Below are positions 56,840-64,000 of a stretch of DNA of 64,000 nt, in pieces (the stretch's first letter is position 1; each line of letters begins with the position of its first letter). The notes beneath the pieces are model-generated. The model was not told the origin of the DNA and made no database searches. It saw only the letters and a program-made list of their open reading frames with translations. Source of the stretch: Planctomycetota bacterium (lineage in GTDB: Bacteria > Planctomycetota > JACOTG01); contig JACOTG010000079.1 in NCBI GenBank assembly GCA_016178505.1, positions 1,810 through 65,809 on the forward strand, in the 5' to 3' direction. The translations under genes and the position numbers were made by a program.

Positions 56840-58215
56840 AAACGCTCATCCAGAACGGAACCGTCGTCACCGCCAGCGATACGTTCGCCGCGGACGTCCT
56901 GATCGAAGACGAAATGATCGCCCTTCTCGGCACGAAGATCGACGTGAAAGCCGACAAGACGATCGACGCGCGCGGCAAGTTCGTGATCCCCGGCGGCATC
57001 GACGTGCACACGCACCTCGACATGCCGTTCGGCGGCTCGAAGTCGGCCGACGACTTCGAGACCGGCACGATCGCGGCGGCGTTCGGCGGCACGACGTCCG
57101 TCGTCGACTTCGCCATCCAGTACAAGGGCCAGTCGCTGCATCACGCCTGGGAAGCCTGGATGGGCAAGGCCGAGGGCAAGGCCGCGATCGACTATGGATT
57201 CCACATGATCATCACGGACCTCACCGAAAAGGCCGAGGCCGAGATGGACGCCCTGGTCAAGGAGGGCGTGACGTCGTTCAAGCTCTTCATGGCCTACCCC
57301 GGCGTCTTCATGCTCGACGACGCGACGATCTTCCGCGCGCTGCTGCGAACCGGCGAGAACGGCGGCACGATCTGCATGCACGCGGAAAATGGCGGCGTCA
57401 TCGACGTGCTCGTGAAGCGCGCGCTCGCTCGCGGCGAGACCGCGCCGAAGTACCACGCGCTCACGCGCCCGCCGCGCGCCGAGGCCGAGGCGACGCATCG
57501 CGCGATCGCGCTCGCCGAAATGGCGGACGTCCCGATCTACATCGTGCACCTCTCCGCCGCCGAGGCGCTGGAGATGGTCACCGAAGCGCGCGACCGCGGC
57601 CTCCCCGCGTACGCCGAGACGTGCCCGCAGTACCTCTTCCTCAGCTACGACAACTACGAGGAGCCGGGCTTCGCAGGCGCGAAGTACGTGATGAGCCCGC
57701 CCCTTCGCGACAAGGCGAAGCAAGCGCAGCTGTGGCGCGGCCTCGCGGGCAACGACCTTCAAGTGATCTCGACCGACCACTGCCCCTTCTGCATGAAGGA
57801 GCAAAAGGAACTCGGCAAGAACGATTTCTCGAAGATCCCGAACGGCGCGCCCGGGATCGAGACGCGCATGAGCCTCGTGTGGGACGGCGGCGTCCGCGAG
57901 AAGCGCATCTCGATGAACCGCTTCGTCGAGCTGACGGCCACCGCGCCCGCCAAGATCTTCGGGATGTGGCCGAAGCGCGGCACGATCGCACCGGGCAGCT
58001 TCGCGGACGTCGTGGTCTTCGATGCGAACCGCGAGATCACGCTCGCGGCGAAGACGCTGCACATGAACGTCGACTACAACCCGTATGAAGGACGCAAAGT
58101 TCGCGGCGCTCCCGACGTCGTTCTGTCGCGCGGCCGCGTCGTGATCGAAAACGGAAAGTTCGTGGGCAAGGTCGGCGCCGGCCAATTCATCAAGCGCGCC
58201 GAGAGGATGAAGTGA
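56836..58215 (+). CDS. Dihydropyrimidinase / D-hydantoinase (cyclic amidohydrolase)
   Basis: Translation MKTLIQNGTVVTASD...KFVIPGGIDVHTHLDMPFGGS...SFKLFMAY... The ATG overlaps the upstream stop (ATGA). Confidence 0.9.
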   Translation: MKTLIQNGTVVTASDTFAADVLIEDEMIALLGTKIDVKADKTIDARGKFVIPGGIDVHTHLDMPFGGSKSADDFETGTIAAAFGGTTSVVDFAIQYKGQSLHHAWEAWMGKAEGKAAIDYGFHMIITDLTEKAEAEMDALVKEGVTSFKLFMAYPGVFMLDDATIFRALLRTGENGGTICMHAENGGVIDVLVKRALARGETAPKYHALTRPPRAEAEATHRAIALAEMADVPIYIVHLSAAEALEMVTEARDRGLPAYAETCPQYLFLSYDNYEEPGFAGAKYVMSPPLRDKAKQAQLWRGLAGNDLQVISTDHCPFCMKEQKELGKNDFSKIPNGAPGIETRMSLVWDGGVREKRISMNRFVELTATAPAKIFGMWPKRGTIAPGSFADVVVFDANREITLAAKTLHMNVDYNPYEGRKVRGAPDVVLSRGRVVIENGKFVGKVGAGQFIKRAERMK

Positions 58216-59567
58216 TGAACCCAAAGACAGCCGCACCCAAAGCGCCCGTGCCCGCGACCGCACCCGCCGCGACGCCGCACGTCGACGCGACCGCCGTTCG
58301 CGCGAAGCACAAGGAGTTCCTCTTCCCGTGCGTCGCGAACTACTACCAGGAGCCGATCGTCATCACGCGCGGGCAGGGCTCGCACGTGTTCGATGCGGAC
58401 GATCGCGACTACCTCGACTTCTTCGGCGGCATCCTCACGCTCGGCATCGGCCACTGCCATCCCGACGTGACGAAGCGCCTCCAGGAGCAGGTCGCGCGCC
58501 TCGTGCACACGTCGACGCTCTACCCGACGCAAGAGATCGTGAACGTCGCCGAGAAGCTCGCGCGCCTCACGCCGGGCAAGCTCAAGAAGAGCTTCTTCAC
58601 CGCGAGCGGCACCGAAGCAGACGACACCGCCGTCGTGCTCGCGAAGATCTACACGGGCCAGCAAGAGGTCATCGTGCTGCGCCACGGCTACTCGGGCCGC
58701 AGCCATCTCGCGATGTCGCTGCAGGGCCATGCGCCGTGGCGACTGATTCCGACGTCGGTCGCGGGCGTCAAGCACGCGCTCTCGCCCTACTGCTACCGCT
58801 GCCCGCTCGGGCTCACGTATCCGTCGTGCGAAGTGAAGTGCGCGCAAGACATCGACGAGTTGATCCGCACCGAGACCAACGGCAAGCCCGCCGCGTTCAT
58901 GGCGGAGCCGATCCAAGGCGTCGGCGGGTTCATCACGCCGCCGAAGGAGTACTTCCAGATCGCCGTCGGCATCGTGCGGAAGTACGGCGGCGTCTTCATC
59001 TGCGACGAAGTGCAAACGGGCTTCGGCCGCACGGGCGACCACTGGTGCGGCATCGAGCATTGGGGCGTCGAGCCCGAGATCATGACGTTCGCCAAGTCGA
59101 TCGCGAACGGGATGTCGGTCGGCGCGACGATCGCGACGGACGTCGTCGCCAACGCGTGGACCGGCCTCACGATCTCGACGTTCGGCGGCACGCCGGTCAC
59201 GATGGCGGGCTGCGACGCGACGCTCGACGTCATGGAGCGAGAGAACACGCCGAAGCGCGCAGCCGAGCGCGGCAAGCAACTGCGCGCGCACCTCGACTCG
59301 TTCCAGTCGAAGTACGCGTTCATCGGCGACGTCCGCGGGATGGGCCTCATGCAAGCGCTCGAGCTGGTCGAGAATCGGAAAACCAAGGAGCCGGCGCCGA
59401 AGAAGGCCGCCGCGCTGATGGAAGCGGCGAAGAAGCAAGGCCTCCTCATCGGCAAGGGCGGACTCTACGGCAACGTGCTGCGCATCGCCCCGTCGATGCT
59501 CATCTCGAAGGAGGAGATCGACGAGGGCGCGAAGCGACTCGACCGCGCGCTGTCCGAGGTGAAATGA
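58215..59567 (+). CDS. Class III (omega) aminotransferase, probably beta-alanine:pyruvate/2-oxoglutarate aminotransferase given its genomic context
   Basis: PLP fold motifs (ASGTEADDTAVVLAKIY, ICDEVQTGFGRTG, TFAKSIANGMSVGA). The ATG at 58215 overlaps the dihydropyrimidinase stop (TGATG). The track start is the GTG at 58212. Confidence 0.8.
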   Translation: MNPKTAAPKAPVPATAPAATPHVDATAVRAKHKEFLFPCVANYYQEPIVITRGQGSHVFDADDRDYLDFFGGILTLGIGHCHPDVTKRLQEQVARLVHTSTLYPTQEIVNVAEKLARLTPGKLKKSFFTASGTEADDTAVVLAKIYTGQQEVIVLRHGYSGRSHLAMSLQGHAPWRLIPTSVAGVKHALSPYCYRCPLGLTYPSCEVKCAQDIDELIRTETNGKPAAFMAEPIQGVGGFITPPKEYFQIAVGIVRKYGGVFICDEVQTGFGRTGDHWCGIEHWGVEPEIMTFAKSIANGMSVGATIATDVVANAWTGLTISTFGGTPVTMAGCDATLDVMERENTPKRAAERGKQLRAHLDSFQSKYAFIGDVRGMGLMQALELVENRKTKEPAPKKAAALMEAAKKQGLLIGKGGLYGNVLRIAPSMLISKEEIDEGAKRLDRALSEVK

Positions 59568-61024
59568 GCGAGGAAAGCCGGACCCCTTCGCCCGCTGATC
59601 GGCAAAAGCAAGACGTCGACACGCGCCGCACCCCTTCGCCCGCTGATCGGCAAAAGCAAGACGTCGAAGAACGCCGGACCCCTTCGCACGCCGATCGGCA
59701 AAAGCAAGACGTCGAGGCACGCCGCACCCCTTCGCCCGCCGACCCGCTCGAGCGGAACTTCGCCGACATCGCTCCGCCGCTCACGCGCGATGCCGCGCTC
59801 GTCGAATCGTCGAAGTGCCTCTTCTGCTACGACGCGCCGTGCACGATCGCGTGCCCAACGCACATCGACGTGCCCGCGTTCATCAAGAAGATCGCCAGCG
59901 GCAACCTGCGCGGCTCGGCGCGCGTGATCCTCGACGCGAACCCGATGGGCCACTCGTGCGCGCGCGCGTGCCCGGTCGAGGTCCTGTGCGAAGGCGCGTG
60001 CGTGCTCAATGCGCGTGACGAGAAGCCGATCGCCATCGCGCTCCTGCAGCGTCACGCGACCGATTACGTGCTCGAGAAAAAGCTACGGCTCTTCGAGCCG
60101 GGCAAGGCGACCGGAAAGAAGGTCGCGATCGTCGGCGCCGGGCCCGCGGGCCTCTCCGCCGCGCAGGACCTACGACGCTGGGGCCATGCCGTCACGATGT
60201 TCGAGTCGAAGCCGCAGCCCGGCGGGCTCAACACGTACGGCATCGCCGAGTACAAGATGAAGGCGCCGCTCGCGCTCGCGGAGGCTCGGACGATCCTCGA
60301 CCTCGGCGTCGAACTGCGCTGCGGCGTCACGATCGGTCGCGACGTCGCGTTCGCGGATCTCGAAAAACAGTTCGACGCGATCTTCGTCGCGGTCGGGCTC
60401 GGCGCGACGCGCACGCTCGGCATTCCCGGCGAGGACCTGCCCGGCGTCGAGGAAGCGCTCGCGTTCATCGAGCGCCTGAAGACGCAACCGTACTCGAAGA
60501 CGACCGTCGGGCGCCGCGTCGTCGTCGTGGGTGCGGGCAACACCGCGATCGACGCCGTCACGCAGGCGAAGCGCCTCGGCGCGGAGCGCGCGACCATCGT
60601 CTACCGCCGCGGCGAGCGCGACGTGCCCGCGTACCGCTACGAACAGGAGCTCGCGAAGAAGGACGGCTGCGAGTTCCGCTTCAACGAATCACCCGTCCGC
60701 ATCCTCGGCAACGCACGCGGCGTCACCGGCATCGAGTGCGTGCGCACCGAAGCCGCGGCCGGCCGCAAGGGCGACGTCGTCGCGATCGCCGGCAGCGAGC
60801 ACGTCATCGAATGCGACACCGTGCTGAAGGCTCTCGGCCAAACCCCGCGCGACGAGTTCGCGCGCGCGGCGGGCGTGCGCCTCGAAAACGGCCGCATGAC
60901 GAGCGCGAAGCCCAACGTCTTCGTCGGCGGCGACTGTGCGAACGGCGGCAAAGAAATCGTCAACGCCGCCGCCGAAGGAAAAGCCGCCGCCCGCAAGATC
61001 CACGTGTCGCTCCTCGGCTCATAG
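59564..61024 (+). CDS. PreT/GltD-like dihydropyrimidine dehydrogenase small subunit (2x[4Fe-4S] plus FAD/NAD(P)-binding), with an N-terminal low-complexity extension of 16-aa repeats
   Basis: N-terminus MSEESRTPSPADRQKQDVDTRRTPSPADRQKQDVEERRTPSHADRQKQDVEARRTPSPADP. Cys clusters (CLFCYDAPCTIACP...CARACPVEVLCEGAC). Rossmann motifs (KVAIVGAGPAGLSAA, VVVVGAGNTAIDA). The ATG overlaps the aminotransferase stop (AAATGA). Confidence 0.8.
   Translation: MSEESRTPSPADRQKQDVDTRRTPSPADRQKQDVEERRTPSHADRQKQDVEARRTPSPADPLERNFADIAPPLTRDAALVESSKCLFCYDAPCTIACPTHIDVPAFIKKIASGNLRGSARVILDANPMGHSCARACPVEVLCEGACVLNARDEKPIAIALLQRHATDYVLEKKLRLFEPGKATGKKVAIVGAGPAGLSAAQDLRRWGHAVTMFESKPQPGGLNTYGIAEYKMKAPLALAEARTILDLGVELRCGVTIGRDVAFADLEKQFDAIFVAVGLGATRTLGIPGEDLPGVEEALAFIERLKTQPYSKTTVGRRVVVVGAGNTAIDAVTQAKRLGAERATIVYRRGERDVPAYRYEQELAKKDGCEFRFNESPVRILGNARGVTGIECVRTEAAAGRKGDVVAIAGSEHVIECDTVLKALGQTPRDEFARAAGVRLENGRMTSAKPNVFVGGDCANGGKEIVNAAAEGKAAARKIHVSLLGS
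59578..59744 (+). repeat. 48-bp tandem repeat, about 3.5 copies, inside the 5' end of the PreT-like gene. It encodes (RTPSPADRQKQDVxxR)n.
   Basis: Unit gccggaccccttcgcccgctgatcggcaaaagcaagacgtcga(c/a/g)(a/g)(c/a)(g/a)c, read directly at 59578, 59626, 59674 and 59722 (partial). It is in frame and is not a CRISPR array (no spacers, and it is coding). Confidence 0.8.
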
Positions 61025-61182
61025 CGGGAAGTCTCTCAGCGACGCGGCAACATGTAAGAACTGCGTTCGGCGTTGCACCTCGTGCACCACCGCCCGGCCA
61101 GCGATATGCCGAGAAGCGACGTTACACGGCCAACGACCCGCCGTCCGGAATCGGCCGTTCACCCCTGATCACCGACCACCCA

Positions 61183-61806
61183 TTACCGATCCTCGACCAC
61201 CTGCGGCCGCGTGCTCTCCATGATGGCCAAGAGTTCTTTCTGTTCTGGGTTCGCGATTTGGAGCTTGTCGAGCGTCACTTTGAGATCGCCGATCGTCGCG
61301 TCGAACTCGGCGTTCGTGATGTGCATGCCGTGATGCACCTCCTTCATGTCGCGGCCCTCGTACTCGGCCGGTCCGCCCGTCGCGAGCGAAATGAATTGAG
61401 CGAACATCCGCTTGAGACGCGCCACCTCGCCGTCCGTGAGTTCCCGTTGCATCGAGTGCGAACCGATTCCGAGGAAGCCGCCGCTCGAGACGCCCTTTCG
61501 CTCCCAGTTGACGCGGGGATCGGCGATAGCCCGGTTCACGAAATCGTCGACGATCGCGTCGATGCCCGAATCGCCCCCGAGCCGCTCGTTCAGCGTCTTC
61601 TTGTCGGTCGCCTTCGAGCCGTCGCCGGCCCGATTGGCACCGCCGAGCTGACCGGCCTTTGCCATTCTCTGCTCGGCGCGTTGGTCGGCCTCGCGGCTCC
61701 CCGATGTGAAAAAAGTGCGGTCCTTCGTTTCCTGGCTGCCGCATCCCGCAACGAATGCGAGCATCACGGCAACGAACCCATCGACGCATCGCTTGATCCG
61801 ACTCAT
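61183..61806 (-). CDS. Lipoprotein truncated hemoglobin (group I 2/2 Hb-like, trHbN type) with a Sec/lipobox signal
   Basis: Lipobox (MSRIKRCVDGFVAVMLAFVAGC). trHb core (GIDAIVDDFVNRAIADPRVN...FAQFISLATGGPAEYEGRDMKEVHHGMHITNAEFDATIGDL). The start ATG overlaps the upstream gene's stop (ATGA). Confidence 0.65.
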   Translation of the reverse strand: MSRIKRCVDGFVAVMLAFVAGCGSQETKDRTFFTSGSREADQRAEQRMAKAGQLGGANRAGDGSKATDKKTLNERLGGDSGIDAIVDDFVNRAIADPRVNWERKGVSSGGFLGIGSHSMQRELTDGEVARLKRMFAQFISLATGGPAEYEGRDMKEVHHGMHITNAEFDATIGDLKVTLDKLQIANPEQKELLAIMESTRPQVVEDR

Positions 61807-63053
61807 TTGTCGACCTCGCTTCCCACGGATATCGGCTCGGTCACGCTGCCCTTTCCGAAATGCAGGCCATTGATGTCTTCCGCGGTTCCCTCGAGTCGGG
61901 GCAGATACGCTCGGATGAACGCGTTGCGAAGGATGTTGCCGACGACGGTGAGAATGTCGGTCTGAGGGCCGTTCAGATCGCCGGTGAGCGGAATGACCGT
62001 CGCCAACACGTCGTGCGGTTGATTCCTGAAGAGCTGCGACGAGATCTCGACGACCGCTTCCCAGAACAGCTCGAGGACGTTGTCCTTGGGAATGTCGTTC
62101 CGGAGGCTGAGCACCGTGATATCGCGGAAGAGCGGCTTCACATAGCCATCGAGCTGCCCTTCTTTCGCATTCAGCTCGACGACCAGATCGAAGGTTCCGG
62201 CTTCGAAGTCGAACGCGCCGTACGCTCGCGCGAGCGAGTTCGTCTTGGTGACGTCGAGACCGAGGAGCCGACCGGCAACCTCGAACGTCGGCCGATACGA
62301 GAACGGATCGAGTTTCATCTCGTACTCGAACTCGGCTTGGTCCATTGCGAGGCCTTTGGCCGTGACCGTCGTGATCAGCGGCGCGGTCTCGTCGAAGACG
62401 TTCGTGAGGTTCTCGATCGAGCCCTCGATCTTGCTCAAGTAGACGTCGACCGGTTCTCGCGTGTGAAACGCGCGAAAGTGAATCGAGCCCTGATGGACGA
62501 GCGCGCGATTGATGTCGAATGGCGAGAGAGCCTGGATCATCGCCAGCCACGGACCGCCGGCGCCGGTTTGCATCTTCGACGGTTCCTCGGCGTCGACGAA
62601 GTTCAACTCCGGTTCGTCGAGTTCCATCCGTCCCACGAGTTTGCCGTGCCAGAGCGCGTCCCATTGGATGGCAAGGTCCACACGCTTCGCGGCGAACAGC
62701 GGAACCGGGACGTTTCCGGTCGTCTTGTTGAGCCGGACGTCGCTGATCGAGTAAGCGCCGCGCCACAGGTGGACGCCGACGTCGCCGATGCGTCCCTCGT
62801 AGAGCGGGTTCTCGTCGATGACTCGATTGACGTACCAGCGAAGTACGGAAGGAAGCGCGAGCCGCAACCCGACGAGCACTCCCGCGAGAACGACGACCGC
62901 GACGCCGGCAATGCGCCATCGCGAGCGACGTTTCTTCGCGAGCGGTTTCGATGTTCGAGCGGTTTCGAGCAAACAACACCTCTCGGCGGCACCGAGCTTC
63001 GGGAAACATTTGCAAGGCGAAGCACGGAAACCGGCAGCCGCGTCGCAAAGCAA
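61803..63053 (-). CDS. DUF748-family membrane-anchored protein (AsmA-like fold), co-transcribed with the truncated hemoglobin lipoprotein
   Basis: N-terminal TM (IAGVAVVVLAGVLVGLRLALPSVL). A long beta-rich periplasmic domain typical of DUF748 (YVNRVIDENPLYEGRIGDVGVHLWRGAYSISDVRL). A TTG start at 63053 is preceded by a GAGG at about -11. Confidence 0.6.
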   Translation of the reverse strand: MLCDAAAGFRASPCKCFPKLGAAERCCLLETARTSKPLAKKRRSRWRIAGVAVVVLAGVLVGLRLALPSVLRWYVNRVIDENPLYEGRIGDVGVHLWRGAYSISDVRLNKTTGNVPVPLFAAKRVDLAIQWDALWHGKLVGRMELDEPELNFVDAEEPSKMQTGAGGPWLAMIQALSPFDINRALVHQGSIHFRAFHTREPVDVYLSKIEGSIENLTNVFDETAPLITTVTAKGLAMDQAEFEYEMKLDPFSYRPTFEVAGRLLGLDVTKTNSLARAYGAFDFEAGTFDLVVELNAKEGQLDGYVKPLFRDITVLSLRNDIPKDNVLELFWEAVVEISSQLFRNQPHDVLATVIPLTGDLNGPQTDILTVVGNILRNAFIRAYLPRLEGTAEDINGLHFGKGSVTEPISVGSEVDK

Positions 63054-63264
63054 ATTCGAGACCTCGCCCGCCGCTCGCTTGACGCGGGTCGGGGATCGTC
63101 GACGCCGCGGGCAGAACCGAGGGACCCCATCCGAGCGCGGCCGGCCGCCGGCATCGAGTTGCGGGTCGGCGATTGTCGATCGATGGTCGGCGGTCGGTGG
63201 GGATATACTGGCCGGATCGGAGCCGTCGCCAAATCATGGGAGCGCGAGACAGGAGCCCTTAGAC

Positions 63265-64000
63265 ATGAAGAGGTTTTTCGAAGCCGTGCTGGTCGCCCTG
63301 TTTTTCGCCACGCTCGTCCGAGCGCAAGAGTCGACGCCGGCTCGCACCGAGTGGGGATCTCCAGCGGCGAACGAGCCGATCGCAAACGCCATCGCGCGCG
63401 CGACGAAGGAGAACCAGCGCGTGCTCGTCGTGTGGCAGGCCGATTGGTCCTCGACGCTGAAAGAGGTCGGCGCGCTCCTGAAGTCGAACAAGGAGATCGC
63501 GCGCAAGATCCTGTACGAGTATCAGGTCGTCACGATCGACATCGACAAGGAGAATCTGGCGCATCGGAACATCGCGCAGGGCGAGTCCGCGTCCGTCTCG
63601 GTCGTCGACACCAACGGCGAAACGCTCGCGAGCTTCGGCCCGACCGTGTCCGCATCGGGCCCGATCGACCCGCAGCCGATCCTTGCGTTCCTCACGAAGT
63701 GGCAACGGGAGCCGCTCGACGCGAAGCAGGTCCTCGCCAACGCGCTCGCCGCGGCGAAGGAATCAGACAAGCGCGTCTTCCTCCATTTCGGCGCGCCGTG
63801 GTGCGGCTGGTGCAAGAAGCTGGAGGCGTGGATGGCGCGCGCCGACGTCGCCGCGCTCCTCGCGAAGGACTTCGTCGACGTGAAGGTCGACACCGACCGC
63901 ATGACCGGCGGGGCCGAGATGCTGAAGAGCTACCGCAGAAGCGACCAGGGCGGCATCCCGTGGTTTCTCACGCTCGACGCGGCCGGCGCGACGTTCGCCA
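63265..64000 (+). CDS. Secreted thioredoxin-fold (DUF255/thioredoxin family) protein. It is 3'-truncated by the window edge. It has tandem Trx-like halves, and only the second carries CxxC (APWCGWCKKLE).
   Basis: RBS (cAGGAGccctt) and signal peptide (MKRFFEAVLVALFFATLVRAQ). First half RVLVVWQADWSSTLKEV (no Cys). Second half RVFLHFGAPWCGWCKKLEAWM. Confidence 0.65.
   Translation, partial: MKRFFEAVLVALFFATLVRAQESTPARTEWGSPAANEPIANAIARATKENQRVLVVWQADWSSTLKEVGALLKSNKEIARKILYEYQVVTIDIDKENLAHRNIAQGESASVSVVDTNGETLASFGPTVSASGPIDPQPILAFLTKWQREPLDAKQVLANALAAAKESDKRVFLHFGAPWCGWCKKLEAWMARADVAALLAKDFVDVKVDTDRMTGGAEMLKSYRRSDQGGIPWFLTLDAAGATFA

Noticed and set aside
59578-59744. The 48-bp tandem repeats, considered as a possible CRISPR array
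   Set aside because: They are contiguous with no spacers and in frame within the coding sequence. No cas genes are nearby. This is a coding variable-number tandem repeat.

Overview
This 64 kb window is high-GC (about 68%) bacterial chromosomal DNA, dense with genes on both strands. I found no rRNA, tRNA or CRISPR array. The organism looks like a soil-type Gram-negative (Gemmatimonadota-, Acidobacteriota- or Myxococcota-like), judging by many secreted CarboxypepD_reg, PD40 and HYR proteins and a membrane Ser/Thr kinase. Gene content, in order: the tail of a hybrid histidine kinase; a GH38 alpha-mannosidase; an orphan Cys-rich secreted protein; a TPR Ser/Thr kinase; a large CarboxypepD_reg protein; a TlpA-like redoxin; a 1557-aa adhesin preceded by an ECF sigma gene; a five-gene flavo-FeS, b-type membrane protein, two multiheme cytochromes (23 and 16 CxxCH motifs) and outer-membrane barrel cluster; sulfatase; a GT2 plus YfhO glycosylation pair; a CheB-CheR-PAS-histidine kinase with a NarL-type regulator; acyl-CoA dehydrogenase; class A beta-lactamase; and a reductive pyrimidine catabolism cluster (mmsA, beta-ureidopropionase, dihydropyrimidinase, class III aminotransferase, PreT-like subunit). 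Four results stand out. (1) The TlpA-like redoxin has an in-frame TGA exactly where the first Cys of the CxxC motif should be (FWFSH-U-STCR), with a hairpin 10 nt downstream, so it is a candidate selenoprotein. (2) The cytochrome cluster looks like a previously undescribed electron conduit from a cytoplasmic flavoprotein across the inner membrane to the outer membrane. (3) A family of MITE-like elements with about 40-bp terminal inverted repeats flanks a PD40 gene that splits the pyrimidine operon. (4) Three conserved genes carry apparent frameshifts. All calls come from reading the ORF translations and the raw sequence. Coordinates may be off by 1-3 nt.
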